A stretch of 60,828 nucleotides of DNA from Candidatus Bathyarchaeia archaeon. Lineage in GTDB: Archaea > Thermoproteota > Bathyarchaeia > Bathyarchaeales > Bathycorpusculaceae. The translations under genes and the position numbers were made by a program. Numbering within the stretch: the stretch's first letter is position 1; every line of letters starts with the position of its first letter. Shown one piece after another: positions 38,199 through 47,946 of this stretch. The stretch is taken from contig DATBWI010000084.1 in the NCBI GenBank assembly GCA_036514855.1, positions 1 through 60,828 of the forward strand. Reading direction: 5' to 3'. The notes under the pieces were generated by a model, which ran no database searches, was not told where the DNA came from, and was given only the letters and a program-made list of their open reading frames with translations.

Positions 38199-39086
38199 CT
38201 ATTTGCAAAAGCTATGCGCTTGTGTCCTTTCGTAATGGTACAAGTATTCTTGGGCGTAACCTGCATATTCTCCGAAGTAACTTCGCCCGAACAAGCTTAG
38301 TTTCTTGTATTCTGAGCTTGTGAGCGATCTTCTGCTCGAAGCTTTTTCTGTGAATTCGCTTGGAAAATGGTTCGCATAATGTCTTAGGATTACGCGTTTC
38401 ATCCAAACATCCACCGGAAACGCTTCAAGCTTTCCGAGGGAGAAAAGCAAAACGCAATCCGCCACTTTTAAACCTACACCAGAAAAACCCAAAAGCTCTT
38501 CTCTTGTCTTTTCATATTCTGCGTTTTTGAGCTGTTCAAAATCGAAGCCGCTTCCGCACAGAGTCCTTGCGGTTTCATGCACATATTTGGCTCTATAACC
38601 GAGACCGCACTTGGCTAAGTCCCCAACGGTTGCCTTCGCCAATTTTTCCATGGTTGGAAAAGCGTAAGAATCATAGTCATCAAAACTGATTTTTTCTCCA
38701 AATTTGGCGGATAGCCTCTCAAGCATCTGCCTTATTGCTGGGATATTCTTGTACGTGGCGCAAATGTATGAGATTAAACATTCCCAAGGGTCTTGACGCA
38801 GGATGCGCAGTCCCTTGAAGGCTTCAACTGCCTTTCTAATGTGCTTGTCCTTTGTGATCTGGGATAGAATCTTCGCTAGGTCGTCATGCAATCCGAAATA
38901 GTTCTTCACAAACTCCACATCTGCATTCTCAAATTCGAGATTGTTGCTGATTTGGCGTATCTTGAAAGGCGTTTCTCTGACAACACCATACCACCATCCA
39001 TCATGTTTCTCCCATCTGAAAGCTTGCCCGCAGCAAAGAGTAGCATCAAGATTGAAGGGGCATGAGATGTCTAAGTGAATGTTCAT
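38199..39086 (-). CDS. ogg: 8-oxoguanine DNA glycosylase / AP lyase (HhH-GPD, Ogg type)
   Basis: 295 aa. LLGFSGVGLKVADCVLLFSLGKLEAFPVDVW is the HhH-GPD motif with the Ogg-type catalytic Lys/Asp spacing. Confidence 0.8.
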   Translation of the reverse strand: MNIHLDISCPFNLDATLCCGQAFRWEKHDGWWYGVVRETPFKIRQISNNLEFENADVEFVKNYFGLHDDLAKILSQITKDKHIRKAVEAFKGLRILRQDPWECLISYICATYKNIPAIRQMLERLSAKFGEKISFDDYDSYAFPTMEKLAKATVGDLAKCGLGYRAKYVHETARTLCGSGFDFEQLKNAEYEKTREELLGFSGVGLKVADCVLLFSLGKLEAFPVDVWMKRVILRHYANHFPSEFTEKASSRRSLTSSEYKKLSLFGRSYFGEYAGYAQEYLYHYERTQAHSFCK

Positions 39087-39199
39087 CTGGCATCACTTTT
39101 CCAATTTGCAAGTCTCTAAAAGAGGTTCTATAAATATGATTGCGCTTAGATTAGCTTTGATCTAACACGTAATTTGGAGCATACCTGAGTGATTGACTG

Positions 39200-39949
39200 T
39201 TGACAGTGGTGAACCTTCAAGAATTGGGCGAAGAGCCTTACGCTTCAATAATATGTTATCCCCGATCTGGAAAGGATGAGGTTAAAAAGCGTATTAATGA
39301 ATTGCAGAAACTCAGCGTTGAAGCGGTGGAGTTTCATGGGCATAAGCTTGCTTTCAATTTGCCTGTTTTGGGCAAGGGCTACGTTGGAATAGTCACAATA
39401 GCCTACGTGAAAGGGAAAAAAGTGGCTTTGAAAATTCGAAGAGTAGACGCAGACCGTTCAAGCATGCAGCATGAAGCAGAAATGCTCAAAGCGGCAAATT
39501 CAGTGGATGTAGGACCAATGTTCTTGGATGCGAGCAAAAACTTTCTTTTGATGCAGTTTATTGAAGGCGATCTGCTTCCTGCGTGGCTGGAGAAAGACCC
39601 GATGAAGGAGAAGCTGCAGAAGGTTTTGCGTGAAATTCTTGAACAGTGCTGGCGATTGGATAAAGCTGGCTTAGATCATGGAGAGCTTAGTCACGCTCCG
39701 AAACACATCATCATAGCAAAGAAAAGCAAACCATTCATTGTTGATTTTGAAACAGCAAGCATAGATCGAAGACCATCTAATGTAACGTCGATTTGTCAGT
39801 TCTTGTTTTTCAGCAGGTTCCTTACTCAATTGATGTTTGAAAAAGTAGGCGAAAAAAATCAGAGGGCAATCATTGAAACTTTAAGGGAGTACAAAACCTG
39901 CAGAAACCGCGAAAATTTTAATGAGATAATTAAAGTTTGCAGTCTTTGA
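39200..39949 (+). CDS. RIO/Bud32-like small predicted Ser/Thr protein kinase (COG2112-like)
   Basis: 249 aa. Its motifs are VALKIRR (VAIK-like), HGELSHAPKHIII (catalytic-loop-like) and DFETAS (DFG-like). Confidence 0.6.
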   Translation: MTVVNLQELGEEPYASIICYPRSGKDEVKKRINELQKLSVEAVEFHGHKLAFNLPVLGKGYVGIVTIAYVKGKKVALKIRRVDADRSSMQHEAEMLKAANSVDVGPMFLDASKNFLLMQFIEGDLLPAWLEKDPMKEKLQKVLREILEQCWRLDKAGLDHGELSHAPKHIIIAKKSKPFIVDFETASIDRRPSNVTSICQFLFFSRFLTQLMFEKVGEKNQRAIIETLREYKTCRNRENFNEIIKVCSL

Positions 39950-39964
39950 ACAGTGCGCCTTCTC

Positions 39965-41050
39965 TCAGGCAAGTATGTCGGTAATCTTGTTTTGCCTCAG
40001 GGCTTCCTTTATTTCGAGAGCTATTCTTTTTCCCATATACATGTTTTCGCCGTATTTCAAATAGGCGTATGGTGAAGTTCCAATCCCAACGTTTGTTCCT
40101 GCGACAATTCTGGCGGAAATTTCGAAAGTGTAGATTTCCAAACTGTCAGTTATTACAGTTTCAAGGCAGAACGGTCCTATTATGCCAGGTTGCGCTATTT
40201 CTTTTGCTGCCTTGTGCACGTTGTCTCCCATTCTGATTAGTTCTGGCAGAAGCGATTCTCTAAGCGTGATTGGAATGTTGCCCACTATAGTGTATGTAGG
40301 GCTCAAGTTTAATTCAAGTTGCTCGTTTGCAGGTATTCTTCCGATGGCGTCAACTGCCGATTCATAACGTCTGTCAACTCCAAAGAATTCTACATCGTCA
40401 TTTACGATAGAAGAGAAATAATGCGGGTAAACGTTGACTCCGAAAGCGTATTCCTGTAAGTGTATTCGCTTAACATCTTCCACGCTGAGAAGACCTCTGC
40501 CAACCATTTCTTTCGCTTTTTTGTTGAAAGATTCTGGAGAGTTCGCTAGAAAGTATCCTTTTCCACCTTTAGCGCCAGGAAGCTTTGCAATTACTAAACA
40601 GTCTATCTCTTCTGGTTTTTTGAAGGTTTTGGGAAGTTTTAGCCCTGCTTTTCGCAACCATTCTTCCTGTTCTACGCGGCTGGCTTCACAGTGCAGTAGT
40701 TGCCGATTTCCAAGCATGGGAACATAAAGCCTATCCGCCAATTCCTCAGTGCTTAGGTAAGCTGTGAATGAGCCATGTGGTATTAGAACGGTGTTTAGTT
40801 TTCGCAGTTGTTCCTGAATTTTTTCGTCTAGTAAATCTGAAAAATCCTTAACGACTATTGTCTCGTCTACCAGCAGGAATTTCTTATAAACGATCATATC
40901 GCTTTCTTTGCAAAGGCACACCGTTCTAAAACCCTCTTCTTTGGCGCCTTTGAAAATGTTCAAGGCTGAATGCGAGCCGATTGTTCCAATAGCTAAATTT
41001 CCAAGATCATACCTATCAAGTATTCTGCTAATTTCGTGGCGAGTTATCAT
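39965..41050 (-). CDS. purP: FAICAR synthetase PurP (ATP-grasp)
   Basis: 361 aa. IGTIGSHSALNI and the ATP-grasp core are present, and the protein is colinear with its paralogue upstream. Confidence 0.85.
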   Translation of the reverse strand: MITRHEISRILDRYDLGNLAIGTIGSHSALNIFKGAKEEGFRTVCLCKESDMIVYKKFLLVDETIVVKDFSDLLDEKIQEQLRKLNTVLIPHGSFTAYLSTEELADRLYVPMLGNRQLLHCEASRVEQEEWLRKAGLKLPKTFKKPEEIDCLVIAKLPGAKGGKGYFLANSPESFNKKAKEMVGRGLLSVEDVKRIHLQEYAFGVNVYPHYFSSIVNDDVEFFGVDRRYESAVDAIGRIPANEQLELNLSPTYTIVGNIPITLRESLLPELIRMGDNVHKAAKEIAQPGIIGPFCLETVITDSLEIYTFEISARIVAGTNVGIGTSPYAYLKYGENMYMGKRIALEIKEALRQNKITDILA

Positions 41051-42144
41051 GTGACGATTTCCCCGAGTCTTCCTTTTTCAATAGCACGCTTTATTTCCAT
41101 GGCAACTCTTCTTCCAGGACCCACTTCAACTCCATACTTGTATTTCATGTATGGCGACGTAGGCTCTACGCATGGACAGCCTGGTACGCGGGGACTGACA
41201 TCGAAAACGTAAAATTCCAATTCTTTTGTAACTGCTCCTTGCAAAGCGAATAGCCCTATCATTCCCGGCGGGTACTCGTCTTTGCAGGCTTTTACGAAGC
41301 GTTCGCCTGCTTCAAATATTTTCTCCAACTGGCTTTCACGCATTGTTACGCCCATATGTCCTATTTCGATGTTTTGGGTTGCTATTTCAAGCTCTAGCTG
41401 CTCATTTGCCGGCAAATCTAGAACTCCGTCTAAGTCTGTCTGTATTCTTTTGTCAAATCCCAGAAGATCCAGTTCATCATTTAATGGTGACCAGAAAAAG
41501 TTTGCGTTGAATTTTGCTCCTATAACATATTCTTCAATTGTTGCATTTTTCAAGGATTCTCTGTTGATTATTCCTTTCTTAATGCGTTCCTCTGCTTTTC
41601 TTTCAAATTCTTCTGGAGAAGATGCGTAGAAGAAAGCTCTTTCGATTTTTCGCTGTTTCTCTGAAACTTTGACTATGGCTAGACGGTCTATTTCCTCGTG
41701 GGACTTGAAGATTCTCGGCGTTTTGATTCCTGCTTTCTGAAGCAAGTAATACTGATTTCTCGGCGTGTTGCGTTCTTCTGTTTTGAGCATGTATCTATTT
41801 CCCATCACTGGCACAGAGAATTTTTCTTCAATGTTCTCATAGCCTGTATACACTGAAAAAGAGCGGTTTGGCACAAAAATCGTGCATAAGTCTTGCATTT
41901 TCTGTAAATTCCGCTTTTCTATTATGTCTGCAAATTTGTCAAGAAGTATTATGTGGTCGAAAATGTTTTTGTAATATTTGGTATAGGTTTTTTCTCTGCC
42001 TTTTTGGCAAACAACCACCGTTTCCAAATTTTCTTGTTTGGCGCCGTGTGCAATTTCAAGTGCTGAGTGTGAACCTAAAATGCCTATTCTGACATGGCGA
42101 GTGTCATATTTTGCAAATATTTTCTTAATTTCAGCGCTAATCAT
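41047..42144 (-). CDS. purP: PurP paralogue (ATP-grasp)
   Basis: The ORF extends to 42204. MISAEIKKIFAKYD (ATG 42144) matches the usual PurP N-terminus and limits the overlap with purC to 8 nt. IGILGSHSALEI is present. Confidence 0.8.
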   Translation of the reverse strand: MISAEIKKIFAKYDTRHVRIGILGSHSALEIAHGAKQENLETVVVCQKGREKTYTKYYKNIFDHIILLDKFADIIEKRNLQKMQDLCTIFVPNRSFSVYTGYENIEEKFSVPVMGNRYMLKTEERNTPRNQYYLLQKAGIKTPRIFKSHEEIDRLAIVKVSEKQRKIERAFFYASSPEEFERKAEERIKKGIINRESLKNATIEEYVIGAKFNANFFWSPLNDELDLLGFDKRIQTDLDGVLDLPANEQLELEIATQNIEIGHMGVTMRESQLEKIFEAGERFVKACKDEYPPGMIGLFALQGAVTKELEFYVFDVSPRVPGCPCVEPTSPYMKYKYGVEVGPGRRVAMEIKRAIEKGRLGEIVT

Positions 42145-43198
42145 TTTTTTCATCCGTCTGTGCGCGGTATTTCTCGATAACTTTTGCAAGATTCGGCGTG
42201 TCAAATAGTTTGTGGTTTGTGATTTCGTTTGCGGCGGTCATGTACATCTCGCTTATTATCTTTTTAAGTTCGCGGTCTAATGTTTGGGGGTGCGACTTGC
42301 AGATGGTTTTCCAATCCTTGATCCCTTTGTCTTCAGCGGTTCTTTTAGCTTCTTCCACATCCTTGTACCATGCAGTGTTTTTGTAGAACTGTCTAGCTAC
42401 TTCCTTGCTGACATGCAACCCGTTATAGGTGAATCTGCACTCGTCAAGCGTGCCCACAACATCAACAACCATAAGCCTTCTCAATGGATCAAAAGCCAAC
42501 TCAATCTTGCCATCCTCATTCACCAACCTCGCACGAGCCGCCAACTCGCTAATTAGCTCGTCAACTTTCAGAAGCAAATCTTGGATCTTAACCACTTCGC
42601 CATAGGTTAAGCCAGCAATGCCTTTCGCTTCTTCCCATGTAATGTACCTGTCCTTTTCCTCAAGCTTCGTGCTTACGTCGAAAATCGGCTTTTTAAGCCG
42701 TTCACCAGCCTTAGGGTAGTGATCCAACCCCAACTCTTCGATGGTAACAAAACCTTGTTCAAGACGCTTGAAAACCGATGAGCCTTCAGGCAAACCATTC
42801 CTATAAATTATCTCAAGCGGAATCAGAAAGTTCTTCAAGTTCGGCGTATACATGCTGTAATTGTAGACGAGTTTGCCTTCTCGCACTCGGGCTTGCGGTC
42901 TGTACACATTAACCAAGTTGATCTCCATAATGTTTGAAGGCTCTTCCAACTCGTCAAAACGCACAACCTTCCCGTTCTTGCCAACCAATCCCCGATAATG
43001 CGTCCGAATATCTTTCTCTTCAAGTTTCTCGAAACAGTAAGCGCCCATAATGCACAATGCTTCGCCCTTGCCATCAATCAGGTCTGGCATTTCCCCCCAG
43101 TCAAAAACCGAGTAACGATCTGAAAAATGAAACCTTCCAACTCCCATTTTATCCGTTGTGGGCTTTTTGATGACTTCTAGGTCTTTTACGCTTCCCAT
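42137..43198 (-). CDS. purC: SAICAR synthase (long form)
   Basis: 353 aa with N-terminal GSVKDL...FHFSDRYSVFDWG typical of PurC. Confidence 0.8.
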   Translation of the reverse strand: MGSVKDLEVIKKPTTDKMGVGRFHFSDRYSVFDWGEMPDLIDGKGEALCIMGAYCFEKLEEKDIRTHYRGLVGKNGKVVRFDELEEPSNIMEINLVNVYRPQARVREGKLVYNYSMYTPNLKNFLIPLEIIYRNGLPEGSSVFKRLEQGFVTIEELGLDHYPKAGERLKKPIFDVSTKLEEKDRYITWEEAKGIAGLTYGEVVKIQDLLLKVDELISELAARARLVNEDGKIELAFDPLRRLMVVDVVGTLDECRFTYNGLHVSKEVARQFYKNTAWYKDVEEAKRTAEDKGIKDWKTICKSHPQTLDRELKKIISEMYMTAANEITNHKLFDTPNLAKVIEKYRAQTDEKND

Positions 43199-43208
43199 GG
43201 CTACGGCA

Positions 43209-43688
43209 CTACTTCAGCTTTTTAGCAGAGGCGTCTGCCTCTTCAATTTCCCTCTTCTTCACCTGCTGATACTCTCTAACACGTTTCTCTAACGCTTTAT
43301 CCTCAACAGCGAAAATCTTTGCAGTCGCAATGGCAGCGCCTTCCGGCTCAACAGTCACCAGCGATCCAACGCCGCTTGGAACTCTAAGCGAAGAGTATAT
43401 GTCTGCCCCCCCAAACTTCTCTGAGTAAGGCGGACAGGCGATAACAGGCTTAGTTGTGTTGGCATCGACAAAAGCGCTTAAAGCGTTGGATCTTCCTGCA
43501 ACCGTTATGTAAACAACCTTTTCACCCTCGAAAGCTTTTAGGATGCCTAAGACGTTTTGCGGCGTTTTATGTGCAGAGGCAACACGAAATTCATAATCCA
43601 GCCCGAAAGCCTTCAGGTGCTTAGCTATTTCGCGGCAAAACTCCAAATCCCGCTCTGAACCCATCAATATTATGACATTGTACCTCAT
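43209..43688 (-). CDS. purE: AIR carboxylase / N5-CAIR mutase family protein
   Basis: 159 aa with ILMGSERD, VASAHKTP and AGRSNAL motifs. Confidence 0.85.
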   Translation of the reverse strand: MRYNVIILMGSERDLEFCREIAKHLKAFGLDYEFRVASAHKTPQNVLGILKAFEGEKVVYITVAGRSNALSAFVDANTTKPVIACPPYSEKFGGADIYSSLRVPSGVGSLVTVEPEGAAIATAKIFAVEDKALEKRVREYQQVKKREIEEADASAKKLK

Positions 43689-43790
43689 GTTCTCACCTAA
43701 GAGACTTCATTGTTACAAGAGTTCAATCAACTAATAAGTTTTTAAGAAGACTACGAATAGTTCGCGTTCCTTCGCAACTTGCTGATTGAA

Positions 43791-43810
43791 CCTATAAATA
43801 AGGGGGCTTA
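43791..43810 (+). promoter_or_regulatory. TATA-like box followed by GGGGGCT (motif shared with 60484 and 60684)
   Basis: CCTATAAATAAGGGGGCTTA lies 110 nt upstream of the Rieske gene. ATAAGGGGGCT is identical to 60695-60705. Confidence 0.35.
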
Positions 43811-43919
43811 GACTCCGCAGAGTATACTAGACAAGGTATTATGAGTGTTCTCTCAGCCTAAGGGCGACAATAGCAAATAATAAAAAGGTAGGAAATGCAA
43901 GGCTTAATTTGGTGAGGAT

Positions 43920-44249
43920 TTGGGGTTTGTTAAGGTTGCTGAAACTTTAGAGCTTCCTGTTGGAAAAACGAAAATGTTTAGTATTGAGGGAAAAGAGTTT
44001 TTGGTAGCCAATATAGAGGGTAGCTATTACGCTATTGGAAACAGGTGCACTCATGCTGGTGGAGACCTTTCGAAAGGTTCTTTGGAAGGCAACATAATCA
44101 CTTGCCCTAGGCATGGATCAAAATTCGATTTGACCACAGGAAAAGCTGTGTCAGGTCCCAAAATCCTTTTTATGCGATTAAAGATTAAAGATGAGCCTTC
44201 GTATGAAGTTAAAGTTGAAGGCAAAGATATTCTGTTAAAAATTGAATGA
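43920..44249 (+). CDS. Rieske [2Fe-2S] domain protein
   Basis: 109 aa with CTHAGG...CPRHGSKF (CxH / CxxH). The start is a TTG after GGTGAGG. Confidence 0.85.
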   Translation: MGFVKVAETLELPVGKTKMFSIEGKEFLVANIEGSYYAIGNRCTHAGGDLSKGSLEGNIITCPRHGSKFDLTTGKAVSGPKILFMRLKIKDEPSYEVKVEGKDILLKIE

Positions 44250-44604
44250 GATCGTTTATGATAGGCGTTTTCTTAGTTGATTATTCTTTTGGAGACAGAA
44301 GCACAGCAACAAGTTGGTATCCGCTATTTTCGCAGTTTGGGAAAGTTGTAAGTATTGACAGTATCAGCATGAGAATTGTAAGGATGAATATTCTTGACAT
44401 ACTTCGTCATCCTTAACCAAATTTCATGTATGAATTCATAAGCATGTGCGACTGTTACGTGGTAGCAACAGCTTGCACACTACTAGTGGGTTTGCTCGGA
44501 ACGTAAAATATGGGGGGGTTGTTCCGTCCCATGGGTTTGGGCATGTCTTTCTGGTTGTAGGGTCAAACAAAAGGCGGGACTGCGCAATGATTTACAGAAG
44601 GTTC

Positions 44605-45567
44605 TCAGGCTTTAGCGGACTGCAAATATTCGTTTTCAAGTTCAAACAGCCGCTTAACACGCTCCGTAATGGGAGGGTGCATGCTGAACAGCCGCCATTT
44701 GTACCGTGTAGGCGCTAGAAAACTAGCTGGGAAACTCGGCGAGAGCCTACTTCCCTGATTCATCGAAACAACTTGATACAGCTTCATCAGTGCGGAGACT
44801 AAGGCTTTCGGTTTTCTCGTCAGCTTCACGCTTTCTTGATCCGCTAAGAATTCTCTATCTCTAGAGATGGCTGGTTCTATCAAGTAGCCTATTGGGCCGA
44901 AGGGAACCGCAAATTTCAGGCTTGAAGCTAATGACTTGACCAAATGATCTTTGTTCTTTATGTGATAGATTTCATGAGCCAAGGATGCTGCAATCTCATC
45001 GTTTGATAAGGTTTCAAGAAGCCCAACAGAGACAACTATGGTTGACTTTTGTTTTCTTCCGACAGAAAAAATGGCAGGTCGGCTTGAACTAATTAAGCCG
45101 ATTTCTGGAGCGTTCACACCAGCTTTCCGTGAAAGACTTTCCAAGGTTTTGTGAAGGTTCTTTGCGTCGTTCTTGCTTAGCGGGCTAACGTGGAAAAAGC
45201 GTGCAACGACTTTTCCGCCGAGGTAGTAGCTTATTGTTCCGCGCAGGATCGCATAAGAGAATGACGCGCTTATCAGTACGATCCATGTTGTGCAAACTGC
45301 ATGAACCACCGAAAGCACAACATCATCGCAGATAATGTGGAAAAGTCCGCCATAACCCATGCTGAACCAGTGGGCGAAACAGGCTACCAAGGTCAAGAAC
45401 GCTGCAACGAACGATCCAATTAGTGCAGACATGAAAAGAATTGTTCGTCTTTTGTAAGCCCTTGTGCTAATTAGCCTGACTCCAATCAAGGCTGCGGCTG
45501 CAAGGATTGTTGAGATGATGATTGCGTAGAGGTACCTTGACAAGAAACTTGCTATATAATCTATCAT
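44605..45567 (-). CDS. BlaR1-like M56/M48 membrane zinc metalloprotease
   Basis: 320 aa with four N-terminal TM helices and HEIYHIKNKD (HExxH). It lies directly downstream of a BlaI-type repressor gene. Confidence 0.75.
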   Translation of the reverse strand: MIDYIASFLSRYLYAIIISTILAAAALIGVRLISTRAYKRRTILFMSALIGSFVAAFLTLVACFAHWFSMGYGGLFHIICDDVVLSVVHAVCTTWIVLISASFSYAILRGTISYYLGGKVVARFFHVSPLSKNDAKNLHKTLESLSRKAGVNAPEIGLISSSRPAIFSVGRKQKSTIVVSVGLLETLSNDEIAASLAHEIYHIKNKDHLVKSLASSLKFAVPFGPIGYLIEPAISRDREFLADQESVKLTRKPKALVSALMKLYQVVSMNQGSRLSPSFPASFLAPTRYKWRLFSMHPPITERVKRLFELENEYLQSAKA

Positions 45568-45569
45568 GA

Positions 45570-46007
45570 TTATTCCGGTTCCTGTTTCAACTTTTCCAAA
45601 TAGCGTTTGAATTCCGCAACTGTCCTTTGATCTTTAATCTTGGCGTTGTCGATTAGGTATGATATTGCTGAGTCTCCGAATGTTTCAAATAGCCCTGTGA
45701 AGACTGACTTGACGACGGTTTTTTTAAATTGAGTCTGCGTGAGTGATGGACGATACTCATAGTAGAGCCCTTTGCCCTTTTTCAGTTCTCGCTCTGCTAG
45801 TCCTTTGTCGTGCAGGCGGTCCAGAACTGTGGCTACCGTGGTTATTGCGACTTTGTGTGTTTGGCTTACTTCTTTGTGTATTTTTTTGACGTCGCCGGCT
45901 TTTAGTCTCCAGAGCGTTTGCATGATGGCAGATTCTAAGTCGCCTAAAACTTTGGCTAGATCCTTTTCGGATGGTTTGAATTCGATCCAGTTTGGGTTTT
46001 TCGCCAT
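45570..46007 (-). CDS. BlaI/MecI/CopY family transcriptional repressor
   Basis: The start is taken at MAKNPNWIEF (ATG 46007). The wHTH LGDLESAIMQTLWRLKAGDVKKIHKEV...TTVATVLDRLHDKGL is typical of the penicillinase-repressor family. Confidence 0.8.
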   Translation of the reverse strand: MAKNPNWIEFKPSEKDLAKVLGDLESAIMQTLWRLKAGDVKKIHKEVSQTHKVAITTVATVLDRLHDKGLAERELKKGKGLYYEYRPSLTQTQFKKTVVKSVFTGLFETFGDSAISYLIDNAKIKDQRTVAEFKRYLEKLKQEPE

Positions 46008-46009
46008 TG

Positions 46010-46026
46010 AACTACAGCCTGTAGTT
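46010..46026. promoter_or_regulatory. cop-box-like palindromic operator between TATA box and the blaI-like start
   Basis: AACTACA-GCC-TGTAGTT begins 3 nt from the ATG. On the gene strand a TATA-like TTATATTTAAA lies ~25-33 nt upstream, which implies a leaderless mRNA. A further AACTACAAC copy is at 46051-46059. Confidence 0.55.
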
Positions 46027-46104
46027 AGCTTTAAATATAACACTGTTGTTAACTACAACATATCGTTAGCATCCAACGATATAAGCATAGCGAAGGAACC
46101 CACA

Positions 46105-47253
46105 ATGCGCTCACTAACATTGGTCTCAAGAAACCTCTCAAGAAGAAAAGGACGCTCAGTCCTAAGCTCAATCGGATTAATACTTGCAATAGCTGTAATC
46201 ATTTCAACATTCACAATTTCACAAGCTATGGAAATGCAGGTCGGTGACGAAATAGAAAAATACGGACCAAACATAGTCATAACGCCCAAAACCCAGTCAA
46301 TCAGCGTTCCTTACGGAAACGTCGTCACAGGAAACGTCACAATCCCCGAAAGCACCATTGAAAGAATCCAAACCATCCCCAACAAAGCCAACATAAGAAT
46401 TCTAGCACCCAAGCTCTACGGTCAAGTACAGTACGGAGGCGACACCATCCTCGTCGTCGGAATAATACCTGATAACGAAATTCAACTCAAGAAATGGTGG
46501 AGCATCACAGGAGACTTTCCAAGAAATGGCACAAACGAAGTTGTTTCGGGCTCAGCACTCCAATCATCGCTCAACCTGACAGTAGGCTCAACTCTTCAAA
46601 CAAACGACGCCTCATTCCTCGTGACTGGGACTCTCAACGAAACAGGATCCGTTGATGATTATTCTATTTTTGTGCCTCTGTCTATGGCGCAGTCAATGTT
46701 CAACATAGTCGGGCAAATCAGCATAATAGACGTTGGAGCACTGTGCAAGGATTGCCCAGTCGAAATTATCTCTCAACAGATAATGGACGCTGTGCCTGAA
46801 GTCAGGGCAATTCCCGTCAAGCAAGCAGTCGAAACTAGGATGAAAGCCGTTGAACAAACAGCCAGCTTCTCCCTTCTCTTAGCCTCAATCATTATGGTAG
46901 TAGGCGTGGCGGGCATTATGAACACTATGTTGGCTTCTGTTCATGAGCGAGTAAAGGAGATAGGCGTGTTCGTGTCCCTAGGCGCGGACAACAGCCACCT
47001 GTACAAGATGTTCATCTTTGAATCCATATTTCTTGGCCTGATTGGCGGATTGATAGGCACTCTCGCTGGGTTTTTCTCGTCAATGTTGCTTGGACCTCTC
47101 TTCATAAACGTGCCGATAAATCCAGCGAACACACCGCTTCATCTTATTCCTGTCGTTATAGGCCTATCTGTTTCAGCATGTGTTGTGGCGAGCCTATACC
47201 CAACATGGAGAGCCTCTAGAATAGACCCTGTCAAAGCACTCAAGACGGTGTAA
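46105..47253 (+). CDS. ABC transporter permease, FtsX/MacB-like
   Basis: The start is at MRSLTLVSRNLSRRKGRSVLSSIGLILAIAV, the typical FtsX N-terminus. A periplasmic-type loop and three C-terminal TM helices ending YPTWRASRIDPVKAL follow. The 5' ORF extension back to 45772 overlaps blaI and is rejected. Confidence 0.85.
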   Translation: MRSLTLVSRNLSRRKGRSVLSSIGLILAIAVIISTFTISQAMEMQVGDEIEKYGPNIVITPKTQSISVPYGNVVTGNVTIPESTIERIQTIPNKANIRILAPKLYGQVQYGGDTILVVGIIPDNEIQLKKWWSITGDFPRNGTNEVVSGSALQSSLNLTVGSTLQTNDASFLVTGTLNETGSVDDYSIFVPLSMAQSMFNIVGQISIIDVGALCKDCPVEIISQQIMDAVPEVRAIPVKQAVETRMKAVEQTASFSLLLASIIMVVGVAGIMNTMLASVHERVKEIGVFVSLGADNSHLYKMFIFESIFLGLIGGLIGTLAGFFSSMLLGPLFINVPINPANTPLHLIPVVIGLSVSACVVASLYPTWRASRIDPVKALKTV

Positions 47254-47255
47254 AA

Positions 47256-47924
47256 ATGATCGAACTTAAGAGAATAACAAAAATCTACGAAATGGGAGAC
47301 AGCCAAGTCCTCTCGCTTAACGACCTGAATCTAAGAATTGAAGAAAAAGGCTTCTTAGCTGTGATGGGGCCAAGCGGAAGCGGAAAATCCACACTACTCT
47401 ACACTGTCGGAGGACTACTAACCCCGACAAAAGGCGATGTAACCGTGAAAGGAACATCAATCTACCAACTAAGTTCTCGGCAAAGAGCAAAATTCAGGCG
47501 GGAAAACGTGGGATTCATCTTTCAAACATTCGAGTTATTACCCTACTTGACTGCACAAGAAAACGTCATGCTTCCACTATACTTGTCGGGTGCCTCCGCA
47601 CTTGAACAAGAAGAAGCCGGGGAAGAAGCCCTCGAACGGGTAGGATTAGAAAAGAGAGCTTGCCATAAACCAACTGAATTAAGCGGAGGCGAACAACAAA
47701 GAGTCGCAATCGCCAGAGGAATAGTGAACAACCCGAGCATTATTTTGGCTGACGAGCCCACGGGAAACCTAGACCAGAAAACTGGCAACGAAATCATGCA
47801 CCTCCTATGCGAGTTGCATGAAAAAGACAAACTTACCTTGATTTTTGTTACTCACGACCCTTCGAAGGCCAAGCTCGCCAACAGAGTCGTTGAGATGCTT
47901 GATGGTCACATAGTGACAAGATAG
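47256..47924 (+). CDS. ABC transporter ATP-binding protein (MacB/LolD-like)
   Basis: 222 aa with Walker A GPSGSGKST, signature LSGGEQQR and Walker B IILADEPT. Confidence 0.92.
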   Translation: MIELKRITKIYEMGDSQVLSLNDLNLRIEEKGFLAVMGPSGSGKSTLLYTVGGLLTPTKGDVTVKGTSIYQLSSRQRAKFRRENVGFIFQTFELLPYLTAQENVMLPLYLSGASALEQEEAGEEALERVGLEKRACHKPTELSGGEQQRVAIARGIVNNPSIILADEPTGNLDQKTGNEIMHLLCELHEKDKLTLIFVTHDPSKAKLANRVVEMLDGHIVTR

Positions 47925-47946
47925 AAACAAAAAAGGAGGTAACAAA

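Noticed and set aside
44446-44718. 90-aa plus-strand ORF in and beyond the Rieske/BlaR1 spacer
   Set aside because: It overlaps the 3' end of the BlaR1-like gene on the other strand. Its composition is not protein-like. The spacer does contain a CGGAAC...GTTCCG hairpin, but nothing more.
45772-46104. 111-codon 5' extension of the permease ORF
   Set aside because: It overlaps the BlaI-like gene and the operator/TATA region on the other strand. The canonical FtsX N-terminus begins at the ATG at 46105.
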